Below are positions 37,146 through 46,002 of a DNA stretch of 64,000 nucleotides, one piece after another. The DNA comes from Abditibacterium sp. GTDB lineage: Bacteria; Armatimonadota; Abditibacteriia; Abditibacteriales; Abditibacteriaceae. The notes below the pieces were generated by a model. It made no database searches and was not told the DNA's origin. It saw nothing but the letters and a program-made list of their open reading frames with translations. The stretch is from NCBI GenBank assembly GCA_965246885.1, contig OZ251992.1:1184001-1248000 (forward strand), read 5' to 3'. Position 1 is the first letter of the stretch; the number at the start of each line of letters is the position of its first letter. The position numbers were made by a program, and so were the translations under genes.

Positions 37146-38032
37146 GTTTTGGTCTCCTGTGGTTTGATTTCGCGGATGCGCGCATCCATGCCGCACGCAT
37201 GATACAGCGACTGCGGCTCCGACCCAAGCGTGACGCCCGCGTCGGTTTCGACGTATAGCAAGGGCTTGGTCGCAAGCGGGTCGCGCGTCACGCCGAGGGC
37301 GTTTTCGGTGGCGACGATGAACGAGAACGAGCCGTCGAGTTGGGTTTTGGCGGTTTCGAGCGCCTCGAACAAAGTTGCGCCACTCTCCATCAGGTCGCCC
37401 AGAAAGACGCCGATGATTTCGGAGTCGTTGTGTGAAGCGAACGAAAAGCCGCGCGCCTCGAAGCGTTGCCGAAGTTTGTAGTAGTTCGTGATATGCCCGT
37501 TGTGCGTGACGGCGATGTCGGAGAACGGGCGCCCCCAAAACGGCTGGGCGTGCGCGGGGTCAATGCGGCTTTCGGTCGCCAACCGCAAGTGAGCGATGCC
37601 ATGCGTGCCCTTTAAATCCGCGATTTGCGGCGCCAATTCTTCGATGCGCCCGACGGCCTTGTAGACGCTCATGCGCTCGCCCAAGCCGGACACCGTCGCG
37701 CCGGGAAAGGCATCTTCGAGCAAGCGCACAAGCGCGAGGTCGTCAAGAGAATTTGGCGGGTCGTCGCCCCTAAGGGGCGCGTCGAAACCGCCGGTTTGCG
37801 CGTGGAAAGATTGGAGACGTCCGCCCGAAGCGGCGCTCAGTTCGTCAAAAGAAGGCGCGCCAATCGAAGCGGGCAACGCCATTTGCAAGTGCGAGGCGCC
37901 AATCGCCCCGAAAACCGCGACGCCCGCCGAATCGGCGCCGCGATGTTGAAGAGTGCGCGCCATTTCCAAAAGCGTTGCGCCGATGGAAAAGTCGCTCGTG
38001 TCGCGTCGAAGGACGCCAGCAATGCCGCACAT
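37130..38032 (-). CDS. mgsA: Class II glutamine amidotransferase (NMG synthase subunit A / GlxB)
   Basis: MCGIAG, HRGADSAG, HLRLATES, HNG, NDSE. Confidence 0.88.
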   Translation of the reverse strand: MCGIAGVLRRDTSDFSIGATLLEMARTLQHRGADSAGVAVFGAIGASHLQMALPASIGAPSFDELSAASGGRLQSFHAQTGGFDAPLRGDDPPNSLDDLALVRLLEDAFPGATVSGLGERMSVYKAVGRIEELAPQIADLKGTHGIAHLRLATESRIDPAHAQPFWGRPFSDIAVTHNGHITNYYKLRQRFEARGFSFASHNDSEIIGVFLGDLMESGATLFEALETAKTQLDGSFSFIVATENALGVTRDPLATKPLLYVETDAGVTLGSEPQSLYHACGMDARIREIKPQETKTWALD

Positions 38033-38159
38033 AGGGATAGGAAAAACGGTGGCCTAAAAACCAACGCCCTCCATTTTCCCCCCGCCATGTCAACCCAAAA
38101 TGAACGCCGCGAAAACATTGCCGCGACCTTGAATGAACGCCATGTTTCGCCGCAATCGG

Positions 38160-38195
38160 CAAACGGCCCGCTTTCTTTGGAAAGCGGGCCGTTTG
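38160..38195. terminator. GC-rich hairpin (16-bp arms), terminator-like
   Basis: caaacggcccgctttc-tttg-gaaagcgggccgtttg; similar to hairpin at 45952-45990. Confidence 0.6.
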
Positions 38196-38265
38196 TTTCG
38201 GTTGGGTTATGCGTGAAAAAGCCCGGTGTTACGTAGGGCTGTTTCGGCGGGTCGGGGGCTTTTGG

Positions 38266-38973
38266 CTACTCATATCCGGGGTAGAGAAGAGTCACACATT
38301 CTGGGCAGATGAATCGTCTATCCCAAGTCGAGCCGTCGTCAGGGCGGCGAGTATGCAGTGGCGTTTTTCTGCGGCCTGTGACGTGGCTCCAGAACACCAA
38401 GCCCTTTTCTTCGCTTATGGCTGAGCCGATGCTTTGCGAGTAGCGCTCGCTGCTTTGTGCTCGCCGCATATTTGACCACCCCCTTGGCTTATCTACGGTA
38501 TTGAGGCGAAAGAAGTCGCCACAAAAGCGGCAACGTCCCAAGCCCACGCCTTCGAGAAGGGACAACCGCAACCGCTCGATGGGTTGATACACCGGGCTGG
38601 AAAGAACTTCGGCGCAACTAAAGGGAGACTGCCGGATTTCGATAAGCCCCACGCCTAAGTGCCGCGCCACTTCCACTTCTTCAAACGAGAAACCTTGAGG
38701 TCGCACATCCGCCAGATAAACCAAGTTGGTCATAATTCGGTAGCCCAAGGCTTGACCAACCGTTGCCGCGAATTGGGTTGCGCCTCGTTTGACTTCGATG
38801 GAAAGGGTTTCCACTTCGCCACTCAAGTCGCCTCCCGCGTCACGCACGCCCAAAACATCGACGCGGCCAAAGGCGATGCCGCGATTGATGAACACATCGA
38901 AACATCTAAAGTGCGACTTTGCCCATTCGCCAACAGGCGCATAAAGTTCGGCTTCTAAATCAGTGCTTGCCAT
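38266..38973 (-). CDS. PD-(D/E)XK nuclease-like protein with C-terminal Zn ribbon
   Basis: E..L, RVDVLG...IEVK, GQALGY (QxxxY), VYLA, GVGLI; CRFC...CPEC; lower GC than flanks. Confidence 0.7.
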   Translation of the reverse strand: MASTDLEAELYAPVGEWAKSHFRCFDVFINRGIAFGRVDVLGVRDAGGDLSGEVETLSIEVKRGATQFAATVGQALGYRIMTNLVYLADVRPQGFSFEEVEVARHLGVGLIEIRQSPFSCAEVLSSPVYQPIERLRLSLLEGVGLGRCRFCGDFFRLNTVDKPRGWSNMRRAQSSERYSQSIGSAISEEKGLVFWSHVTGRRKTPLHTRRPDDGSTWDRRFICPECVTLLYPGYE

Positions 38974-39048
38974 GTTGACCAGTTTGCTTGAGTCGCCGCC
39001 GCCACGCCCGAAACAGCCAGTCGCGCCGCGCGCCGTCCGATGTGCAGC

Positions 39049-41640
39049 CTAAACCAACTCCCCTGCCCGTTCCAACGCCTCGTCAATTTTACCCGCGTCC
39101 TTGCCGCCTGCTTGGGCGAAGTCGGGGCGTCCGCCGCCGTTGCCGCCGGTGATTTGCGCCAACTGCTTGGCCAAATTCCCGGCGTGTGCGCCCTTGGCGA
39201 CGGAGGACTTGGTGGCGTTGACGATCCACACGATTTTGCCGTCGTCCTCGCTGACTAAGGCGACCATGCCGTCCAACTTTTGCGCGATTTGGCTCGACAG
39301 TTCGCGTAGAGATTCGCCCGATACGCCCTCTGGCGCGCGGCCCGCGACGAAGCGAAAACCCTTGACTTCGACGGCGCCCGCCAGCAACGTTTCGAGCGCG
39401 CCGCTTCCCAACTGGCGCTGCACGCCCGCCAACTGTCGCTCCAACTCTTTAACTCGCGCTGCGAGTTTACTCGCCGCTTGCGTCACCTGGTCGGGCTTGG
39501 CGTTCAGTTCGCGCGCGACTTCGCGCAATGCCGCCGCCGTCTGGCGCTCGTGTTCCAAGGCCGCGAAACCCGTGAGGGCTTCGATGCGGCGCACGTTCGC
39601 TGCGACGCCGCCTTCGCTCACGATGCGAAACGTGCCCGCCGCCGAAGTCGTGGGGATGTGCGTGCCGCCGCACAGTTCCAAGCTGAAGTCGCCCATCCGC
39701 ACCGTCCGCACAACGTCCCCGTACTTCTCGCCAAAAAGCGCCATCGCGCCCATCGCGCGCGCTTCGGCGAGCGTCTTTTCGGCGATTTCGACGGGGAGGG
39801 ACTTCAAGATTTCCTCGTTGACCGTCGCTTCGACGGAAGTGCGCTCGGCCTCAGTCAACGGCCCGAAATGCACGAAGTCAAAGCGCAGCGTATCGGCGGT
39901 AACGAGCGAACCTTTCTGCTGAACGTGGTCGCCCAAGTGCTGACGTAGCGCTGCGTGGAGCAAGTGCGTCGCGGAGTGCGCCCGTTCGACGGCGCGGCGG
40001 CGGTGGACATCCACGCGCGCGGACACGGTTTGCCCTTCGTTCAACTGCCCGGAGACAAGTTCGACGGTGTGAACCCACGCCTTGCCGTCCTTTTGAGTGT
40101 CCACTACGCGGGCCAGCCCTTCGCCCGCCCCAGCGAGGAGTTCGCCCGTGTCGCCGACTTGCCCGCCACTCTCGCCATAAAAGGGCGAGCGGTCGAGAAC
40201 CACCTTGTCGCCTTGAACCGCCAAAATGCGCGCGTCGCTTTCGAGAACGCCGTAGCCGACGAACTCCGTCGTCAACTCGCCGAAGCTGCGCTTGACGTAA
40301 TCCGGCCTCACGTCGGGCGCGGACTCACGCTCGTGCTGCTCGCGCGCTTCTATAAAGGAGGCGTCGTCGTAGCTCAGGCCCTGCGCTTCAAGTAAATCCG
40401 CCGTCAGTTCGGGCGGGAAGCCCTTGGACTGATACAAGTCGAAGACCTCGCGGCCCGAAATCTGGCGCTCGCCCTTGCGTTTGGCGTCCTCGATCATGTC
40501 TTCGATGCGGCCCATGCCCGAATCGAGGGTCTGCTCGAACTTCTCTTCCTCAGAGCGGATGAAGTTCGTGATGATGGCGCCGCGCTCCAGCAGTTCGGGA
40601 TAAACCTCGCCATAGGAGCGTTGGATGGTCGGGATGAGGCGGTGCAAAAACGGCTGCGTGATTCCCAAAGCGCGGCCCGACAAGTAGGCGCGGCGGATGA
40701 AGCGGCGCAGCATATAGTCGCGCCCGTTGGCGCCGGGGATGACGCCATCGCCAATCAGAAACGCCGCCGCCCGCACATGGTCGGCGATGACGCGCGCCGG
40801 TTTGGAGGTCGGGTCGTCGGGGTGCAGTTCGGGCTTGGACAGGGAAAACGGCAGTTCGCCGCCCGACTTCGCGGCGAAAATCGCGTTGACGAGCGGCGCG
40901 AACAGGTCGGTTTGGTGGATGGTGTCCACGCCTTGCAAAATGGCGGCGGTGCGCTCCAAGCCCATGCCGGTATCAATGCCGGGAGCGGGCAGATTGACCA
41001 GTTCGCCCGATTCCAGTTGGTTGTATTGCTGGAAGACGAGGTTCCAAATCTCGCCGTAGCGGTCGCCGTCGCCGCCGGGCCTGTCCATTTCCGGGTCGCC
41101 CGTGTCGTATTTCGCGCCCCGGTCGAAGAAGATTTCGCTGTCCGGCCCACACGGGCCGCTTTTGCCGACCGGCCCCCACCAGTTGTCCTTTTTGCCAAAA
41201 CGATAAATGCGCTCATCCAACAACCCCACATCGCGGCGCCAGATGTCGGGCGCCTCGGTGTCTTCATGGTAGACGCTGACCCACAGGACGGCGGGGTCAA
41301 TGCCAAGGGTCTGGGTGAGGAACTCCCAGCCCCACACTATGGCTTCGCGCTTGAAGTAGTCGCCAAAGGAGAAGTTGCCGAGCATCTCGAAGAACGAGGC
41401 GTGCCGCCACGTCACGCCGACTTGCTCGATGTCATCGGCGCGGCAGGACTTCTGGCACGAAGCGAGGCGCGTCGCGGGCGGCTTCTCCTCGCCCTTGAAA
41501 TACGGCACGAGCGGCTGCATCCCCGCGGAGGTAAGGAGAGTCGTCGGGTCAGTGGGAATCAGCGACCCCGAAGGGATGATGAGCGAGCCTTTGGATTGAA
41601 AGAACGAAAGATAGCGCGAGCGAAGGTCGTGTCCGGTCAT
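39049..41640 (-). CDS. alaS: Alanine--tRNA ligase
   Basis: DPTTLLTSAGM, HASFFEMLGNFSFGDYFK, IDTGMGLER, HSATHLLHAAL, ELCGGTH, GGGRPDFAQAGG. Confidence 0.98.
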   Translation of the reverse strand: MTGHDLRSRYLSFFQSKGSLIIPSGSLIPTDPTTLLTSAGMQPLVPYFKGEEKPPATRLASCQKSCRADDIEQVGVTWRHASFFEMLGNFSFGDYFKREAIVWGWEFLTQTLGIDPAVLWVSVYHEDTEAPDIWRRDVGLLDERIYRFGKKDNWWGPVGKSGPCGPDSEIFFDRGAKYDTGDPEMDRPGGDGDRYGEIWNLVFQQYNQLESGELVNLPAPGIDTGMGLERTAAILQGVDTIHQTDLFAPLVNAIFAAKSGGELPFSLSKPELHPDDPTSKPARVIADHVRAAAFLIGDGVIPGANGRDYMLRRFIRRAYLSGRALGITQPFLHRLIPTIQRSYGEVYPELLERGAIITNFIRSEEEKFEQTLDSGMGRIEDMIEDAKRKGERQISGREVFDLYQSKGFPPELTADLLEAQGLSYDDASFIEAREQHERESAPDVRPDYVKRSFGELTTEFVGYGVLESDARILAVQGDKVVLDRSPFYGESGGQVGDTGELLAGAGEGLARVVDTQKDGKAWVHTVELVSGQLNEGQTVSARVDVHRRRAVERAHSATHLLHAALRQHLGDHVQQKGSLVTADTLRFDFVHFGPLTEAERTSVEATVNEEILKSLPVEIAEKTLAEARAMGAMALFGEKYGDVVRTVRMGDFSLELCGGTHIPTTSAAGTFRIVSEGGVAANVRRIEALTGFAALEHERQTAAALREVARELNAKPDQVTQAASKLAARVKELERQLAGVQRQLGSGALETLLAGAVEVKGFRFVAGRAPEGVSGESLRELSSQIAQKLDGMVALVSEDDGKIVWIVNATKSSVAKGAHAGNLAKQLAQITGGNGGGRPDFAQAGGKDAGKIDEALERAGELV

Positions 41641-41670
41641 GTTGGTGAGGGGGAAGTCTAACGGTGCCCT

Positions 41671-42883
41671 TTACGCGCGAATGGCGCGCAGGGCTTGACC
41701 GACGGGAAAATCTTCGTCTTCCAACAACTCCGCCAAGTCCAGTTCATGCGTTTTGGCCCAGTCTCGCGCCAGCGATTCGAGGGTTTCCTCGGCTTCCGCT
41801 CCCGCGAGCGGGCCGATGGCTTCCAAGACGCCCAACACGCCTTTGTCGGGTTCGCCATATTCGTCTTTCAACCGCGCCAACGGCAAGCGGGCCGAAAGCC
41901 TTCAAACCGCGCGTGACGAAGGTATGCGCCGAGCCGTAGCAGTAGTCCGGGTCGGGTTCGTCGTAGTCGTCGAAGGCTTCGATGAGGCGCGGCACGACCA
42001 CATCGGGTGACATCGCCAAATCGCCCAGCGCCCACAGCGCCGCGCCCTTTTGCCACTCGTCGTCGGTGCGCGATAGTTCGAGCAAGCGGCGCGCGATGCG
42101 TTCGCCCCACGTGGCGTTGCCCGCTCCGATCGTTCCCATCGCGCGAATAGCCGCGTTGCGCGACTCTTTGGCGTCCAAGGCGGCGAGCAAAACCTCGAAA
42201 ACATCGGGCGCAACTTCGGCAACGCGCGGCCCGATGGAGCGCAACACCCGAAGCGGATTGACCGCGCCTTTTCCGGGCGACAACTGAACGCGCTCGATGA
42301 GGGCGCGAATCGTGTCCGCGTCGTCCCGCGCGAGGGAAGCGAGCGCGCCCACGAACTCGAAGCGATACATCTCGGCGCGGTCGAGTGCCGCCAACAGGTC
42401 GGGCGTAAACTGCCGCGCGGCGCCGCCCAACTGCTTTAACGCCTCGTTCAGTCGCCGCTTTCTGTCTCCATCTCCACCTATCCACGCGCGCAACGCCTCC
42501 GGCGCAAGCAGCAACTCGTCGCGCAAGCAACTGAACACGATGCCCGCTTGCACTTGCCGCTTCAGAATCTGCGACCGGGTCTTTTGGGTGCCCGCGTCGT
42601 CTTGGCGGTAAAGCCCCATCCGGCGCCCTTGCGCGGCTTCGAGAAAATCGCCGAGTTGCTCAACAAACAAGCGAGTGCCAAAGTCCGGCGCCGCCAGTGT
42701 CGCGCGCACTTGCGCAGCGTAGCCCCCTTCCGTAAGGGCGTCCAACTCGTAATACAAGCGCTGGAGGTTCTTGGCCGCGCCCGCGCCCGCCTCATCGTTG
42801 GCGCCAATCAGTTGCCAGAGCCAGTTGGTCAAATCGGATTGCATGAAGTTAGAGTTTGCGACGACGCCCTCGAAAAAGGCCAA
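41671..42883 (-). pseudogene. HEAT-repeat protein with apparent frameshift near 41870
   Basis: HEAT-like text (ALWALGDL, VVPRLIEAF, AFGPLAVGAV) continues in another frame as KDEYGEPDKGVLGVLEAIGPLA...ALRAIRA* ending at 41671. Confidence 0.6.
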
Positions 42884-42927
42884 ATCGCCTCAACTCCCCC
42901 TGACAAAACCGGCTTCCATAGAAAGGA

Positions 42928-43182
42928 TTAGCGGCACGCGGGCGCGGCTTCTGAGGCGACGACCTCGGTGGGCGCGTCGTCGGCCTCACCAGTTATTTTG
43001 CCGGAATAGACCTGTTCTTCCGGTGCGCTCAGGGTATCACTCATCAACGAGAATTGAAAGAGGGCGTTGGCGCCGTGCGCGTGTTCTTCCGATTCAGCTA
43101 ACGCTTTGAAGTGCGCCGTGATTTGGTCGAAGCTCGCGTTTTCGTCGGGGCCGCCGATTTTGATGGTAATGGTGTCGGGCAT
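42928..43182 (-). CDS. Small acidic hypothetical protein
   Basis: 84 aa, starts 4 nt after upstream stop; AAGGAA RBS. Confidence 0.6.
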   Translation of the reverse strand: MPDTITIKIGGPDENASFDQITAHFKALAESEEHAHGANALFQFSLMSDTLSAPEEQVYSGKITGEADDAPTEVVASEAAPACR

Positions 43183-43185
43183 CGC

Positions 43186-43821
43186 TTATTTCCTTTCTCC
43201 TATTCGACAGGCCACTCCGAAGCGCGTTGCCATTTGTTTGGAAACCAAAGCGCGCACCCTCGTTTCAGCAGACGCGCTCCAACCACCCCCGCGTTCGTAG
43301 GCGCCGAGGGCGAACTGGGCGAAGATGCCCAGTATTTTACGGGCGTTGCGCGCAGCAGTGGCTTCGAGTTCTCCTCCAATGTCGGAAGAGCGCAACTCCT
43401 CCAGTTCGTAGCGCGCGGGATCCCATCCGTCGGGTTTGTGGAGCGAGTAAGTCAAATCAGGCGCGACAACGTGCGATTGTTCGATGTTGGGGAAGCCTAA
43501 AAACGTCGCCCAGTCCCGTTCGCTATGGGCCTCGTTGAGGGAGTGCGTGTGCAAAAGGGCCACCTTCTCGTGCGCGGGCGCGTTGATGTTCACCTCATCG
43601 GGCGTGCCGACTGCGAAACTCCACAGGCGCCCGTCGCTGTGTAGAACGACAGACGCGGCCTCGTTGCTTTGGGCGTGGACAAATGGCAGCAATTGGAGCA
43701 ACGCGGCGTACTTTCCGGCTTGAAGTGCCGCCGACTCAAGGGCAATGGCGTCTCCTGTCCAAGAATGGATGGCGTCGAAGGGCGCGTTTGACACACATCC
43801 AGTTAAACCGCCTTGGCTCAC
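43186..43821 (-). CDS. Hypothetical protein with JAB/MPN-like motif
   Basis: NEAA...LLHTHSLNEAHSERD (E..HxH..S..D). Confidence 0.55.
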   Translation of the reverse strand: MSQGGLTGCVSNAPFDAIHSWTGDAIALESAALQAGKYAALLQLLPFVHAQSNEAASVVLHSDGRLWSFAVGTPDEVNINAPAHEKVALLHTHSLNEAHSERDWATFLGFPNIEQSHVVAPDLTYSLHKPDGWDPARYELEELRSSDIGGELEATAARNARKILGIFAQFALGAYERGGGWSASAETRVRALVSKQMATRFGVACRIGERK

Positions 43822-43873
43822 TCACACTGTTTGAGCGCTCCTGCTTTGTGCCGAATCTCTTTAACTGCTCTTT

Positions 43874-45031
43874 GTGAATTGTTTTCGTTGGTTGGCGCTT
43901 TTGTTGGTTCTGCTTCCCGTGCCCGCGTTTGGAAAGCCTGCCGCGCCGCGCGCGGTAGTGATTGCGTCGCAAAAGCCGAGTGGGGTGGCAAAGGTGGATG
44001 CCATCCATGTCGAGTGGTATCCGGCGCAAACGGGGGAGGGGAAGAGGCCCGCCGTTATCGTGTTGCACGCGCTGGGCGGGAGCATCAATATCGCGCAAGG
44101 GTTCGCGCGGCACTTGTCGCGGCATGGGGTCAGCGCCGCCGTGATGGAGATGCCGTATCACTACCACCGCGCCTTGCGGGGGGTGTCGCCGTCGTCGCGC
44201 TTTGTGTCGCGCGATGCGAGCGTCGCGGCGCAAGCGTTCGGGCAAGCAGAGTCGGATGTTTCGACTGTGGTGACGTGGATGATCGCGCAACCAAGCGTGG
44301 ACGCGGCGCGCATCGGCGGCATCGGCGTGAGTTTGGGCGCCATCACACTGCACGCGGCGATGGGGCTGGACGCGCGCATCGGGGCAGGCGTGACGTTTGT
44401 GGGCGGCGGCGACTTCCCGCTCATCACCACGACTTCGCCCATCGCGCGGCTGATTCTCCACTCGAAGTCGTCGGTTTCCCCGCAGGAACGCGCGATTCTG
44501 GCCCCCGTTGACCCGCTTTCCCTCGCCAACCGCAACCGTCCGCGCCGCGTTTTGATGATTCAGGCCGCGCGCGACCTACTTATCGTGCCGCGCGCGTCGG
44601 AGGAGTTATGGAAGGCGCTGGACTACCCGCCGATTCGCTGGCTTGATGTCGGGCACTTCGGCCTCAACTTGGCGGTGCCCGCCGCGCAACGCGCAGCGCT
44701 GTCGTTTTTGACGGCGGCGTGGGAGGATAAGGCAGAGCATGGCGACGACGCTTCGCGCTTGCGCGCGCCCAACATCTACTCGCCCACGCTCAAAGCGGGT
44801 CTGCTAAGCGGGCTGGATTCCAGCTTAACACCCGCCATCACGCTGCAAGTGCTCTCTATTGGCAATCGCCCCGACCATCTCAGTTGGGTGCATGCCGACG
44901 TCGGGATGAGCGGGGCTGGCCCGTATGTGGGCCTCGCCGCGACGGTCACGCAGTTCTTCGACCTCGGCATCGGGCGCCGCTTGGGGGGCAAGCGGTTCCG
45001 CCCCTACGTGGGGGCACAGGTCGCATTTTAG
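43874..45031 (+). CDS. Secreted alpha/beta hydrolase with C-terminal amphipathic beta-strand domain
   Basis: Signal peptide; GVSLG nucleophile, RD..V, VGH; C-terminus ends YVGAQVAF. Confidence 0.8.
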   Translation: MNCFRWLALLLVLLPVPAFGKPAAPRAVVIASQKPSGVAKVDAIHVEWYPAQTGEGKRPAVIVLHALGGSINIAQGFARHLSRHGVSAAVMEMPYHYHRALRGVSPSSRFVSRDASVAAQAFGQAESDVSTVVTWMIAQPSVDAARIGGIGVSLGAITLHAAMGLDARIGAGVTFVGGGDFPLITTTSPIARLILHSKSSVSPQERAILAPVDPLSLANRNRPRRVLMIQAARDLLIVPRASEELWKALDYPPIRWLDVGHFGLNLAVPAAQRAALSFLTAAWEDKAEHGDDASRLRAPNIYSPTLKAGLLSGLDSSLTPAITLQVLSIGNRPDHLSWVHADVGMSGAGPYVGLAATVTQFFDLGIGRRLGGKRFRPYVGAQVAF

Positions 45032-45909
45032 TCTGCCGCTTCCCACGCCTTTTGCGCGATGGAGCGCATGACGAGAGATTGTTCCCATCGGTCGGAGATT
45101 TCCTTGCCGTCGAGGGTGGTAATGGCGTAGCGCGGCGGGCCGAGTTCCGACGAAAACGGCAGCACGTCGCCGGGCTGAGCGCGCTTTTTCCAACTGGCGA
45201 AGCACTCGCGCCAAAGCTCGAAGAACAGTCCGGCAGAGGTGCCTTCGGACAGGTCAGTGCCGTCGCCAACGTCCACTTGAATCTGCTCGCCGTTAGAAAT
45301 GCGCCCGTGAACGTGGGCGACGCGCTCGATGATCGGGCGCATGCGCTCAACGGCGCCTTCGCCTGCCCGGCCATAGAACTCGCCGACGACGACGAAGTGC
45401 GAAAAGTCGGCGGTGATGGCAATCTCCGGCACGGCTTCGAGCAACGTGAGTGTTTGCGGGATGGTTTCCGTGAAGTTGTTGCGGTGCGTTTCGACGAAGT
45501 AGTTCATGCCACGCTCGGCGGCGGCCCGCGCGCCCGCGCGCACGATTTCGACGACTTCGCCCAGTGGATGAAAGGCGCTCGCAGGTTGGCAGAGCACCCA
45601 TTTGGCGCCGAACTTTTCGGCGAGGCGCACGGTATCAAGGGTGCCCTCAACGCTTGTCGGGCGGTGCCCTAAGGCAAGCGTGAGGCCGTTGGCTTTGGCT
45701 TCGCGCACAGCAGTCTGCCCGCGCTCGTCGTCACCAATCCAGCACTCGATATGCGCGAAGCCCGCTTCTTGGACGAGGCGCATCTTTTCGGCGATTGTCC
45801 ACTCGACGGGCGCGTTCATCGGCAAGCGCTCTAAGTTCCAGAAGGTATGGCCGCACTGTAAGCGCGGGGCGCCTTGGGTGCCGTCATTCAAATTGGCGAA
45901 AGGTTTCAT
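45028..45909 (-). CDS. Sugar phosphate isomerase/epimerase (xylose isomerase-like TIM barrel)
   Basis: ETHR, TADFSH, HVHGR, ELGPPRY. Confidence 0.85.
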   Translation of the reverse strand: MKPFANLNDGTQGAPRLQCGHTFWNLERLPMNAPVEWTIAEKMRLVQEAGFAHIECWIGDDERGQTAVREAKANGLTLALGHRPTSVEGTLDTVRLAEKFGAKWVLCQPASAFHPLGEVVEIVRAGARAAAERGMNYFVETHRNNFTETIPQTLTLLEAVPEIAITADFSHFVVVGEFYGRAGEGAVERMRPIIERVAHVHGRISNGEQIQVDVGDGTDLSEGTSAGLFFELWRECFASWKKRAQPGDVLPFSSELGPPRYAITTLDGKEISDRWEQSLVMRSIAQKAWEAAD

Positions 45910-45951
45910 GCCACTTTATTTTACGCGGCCCATCGAACAGGTGCCGGAACG

Positions 45952-45990
45952 CAAGCGGCCCGCCCATTGGAAAGAAGGGCGGGCCGCTTG
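45952..45990. terminator. GC-rich hairpin downstream of ABC operon
   Basis: caagcggcccgccc / gggcgggccgcttg. Confidence 0.55.
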
Positions 45991-46002
45991 GTGGGCGTGG
46001 GT

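Noticed and set aside
38033..38265. Glutamine (glnA) or other riboswitch upstream of the NMG operon
   Set aside because: Two ggcgttcatt repeats and a TTGACA are visible on the minus strand, but the glnA-motif GGAAGTA/GAAG core is not; an Rfam scan is needed
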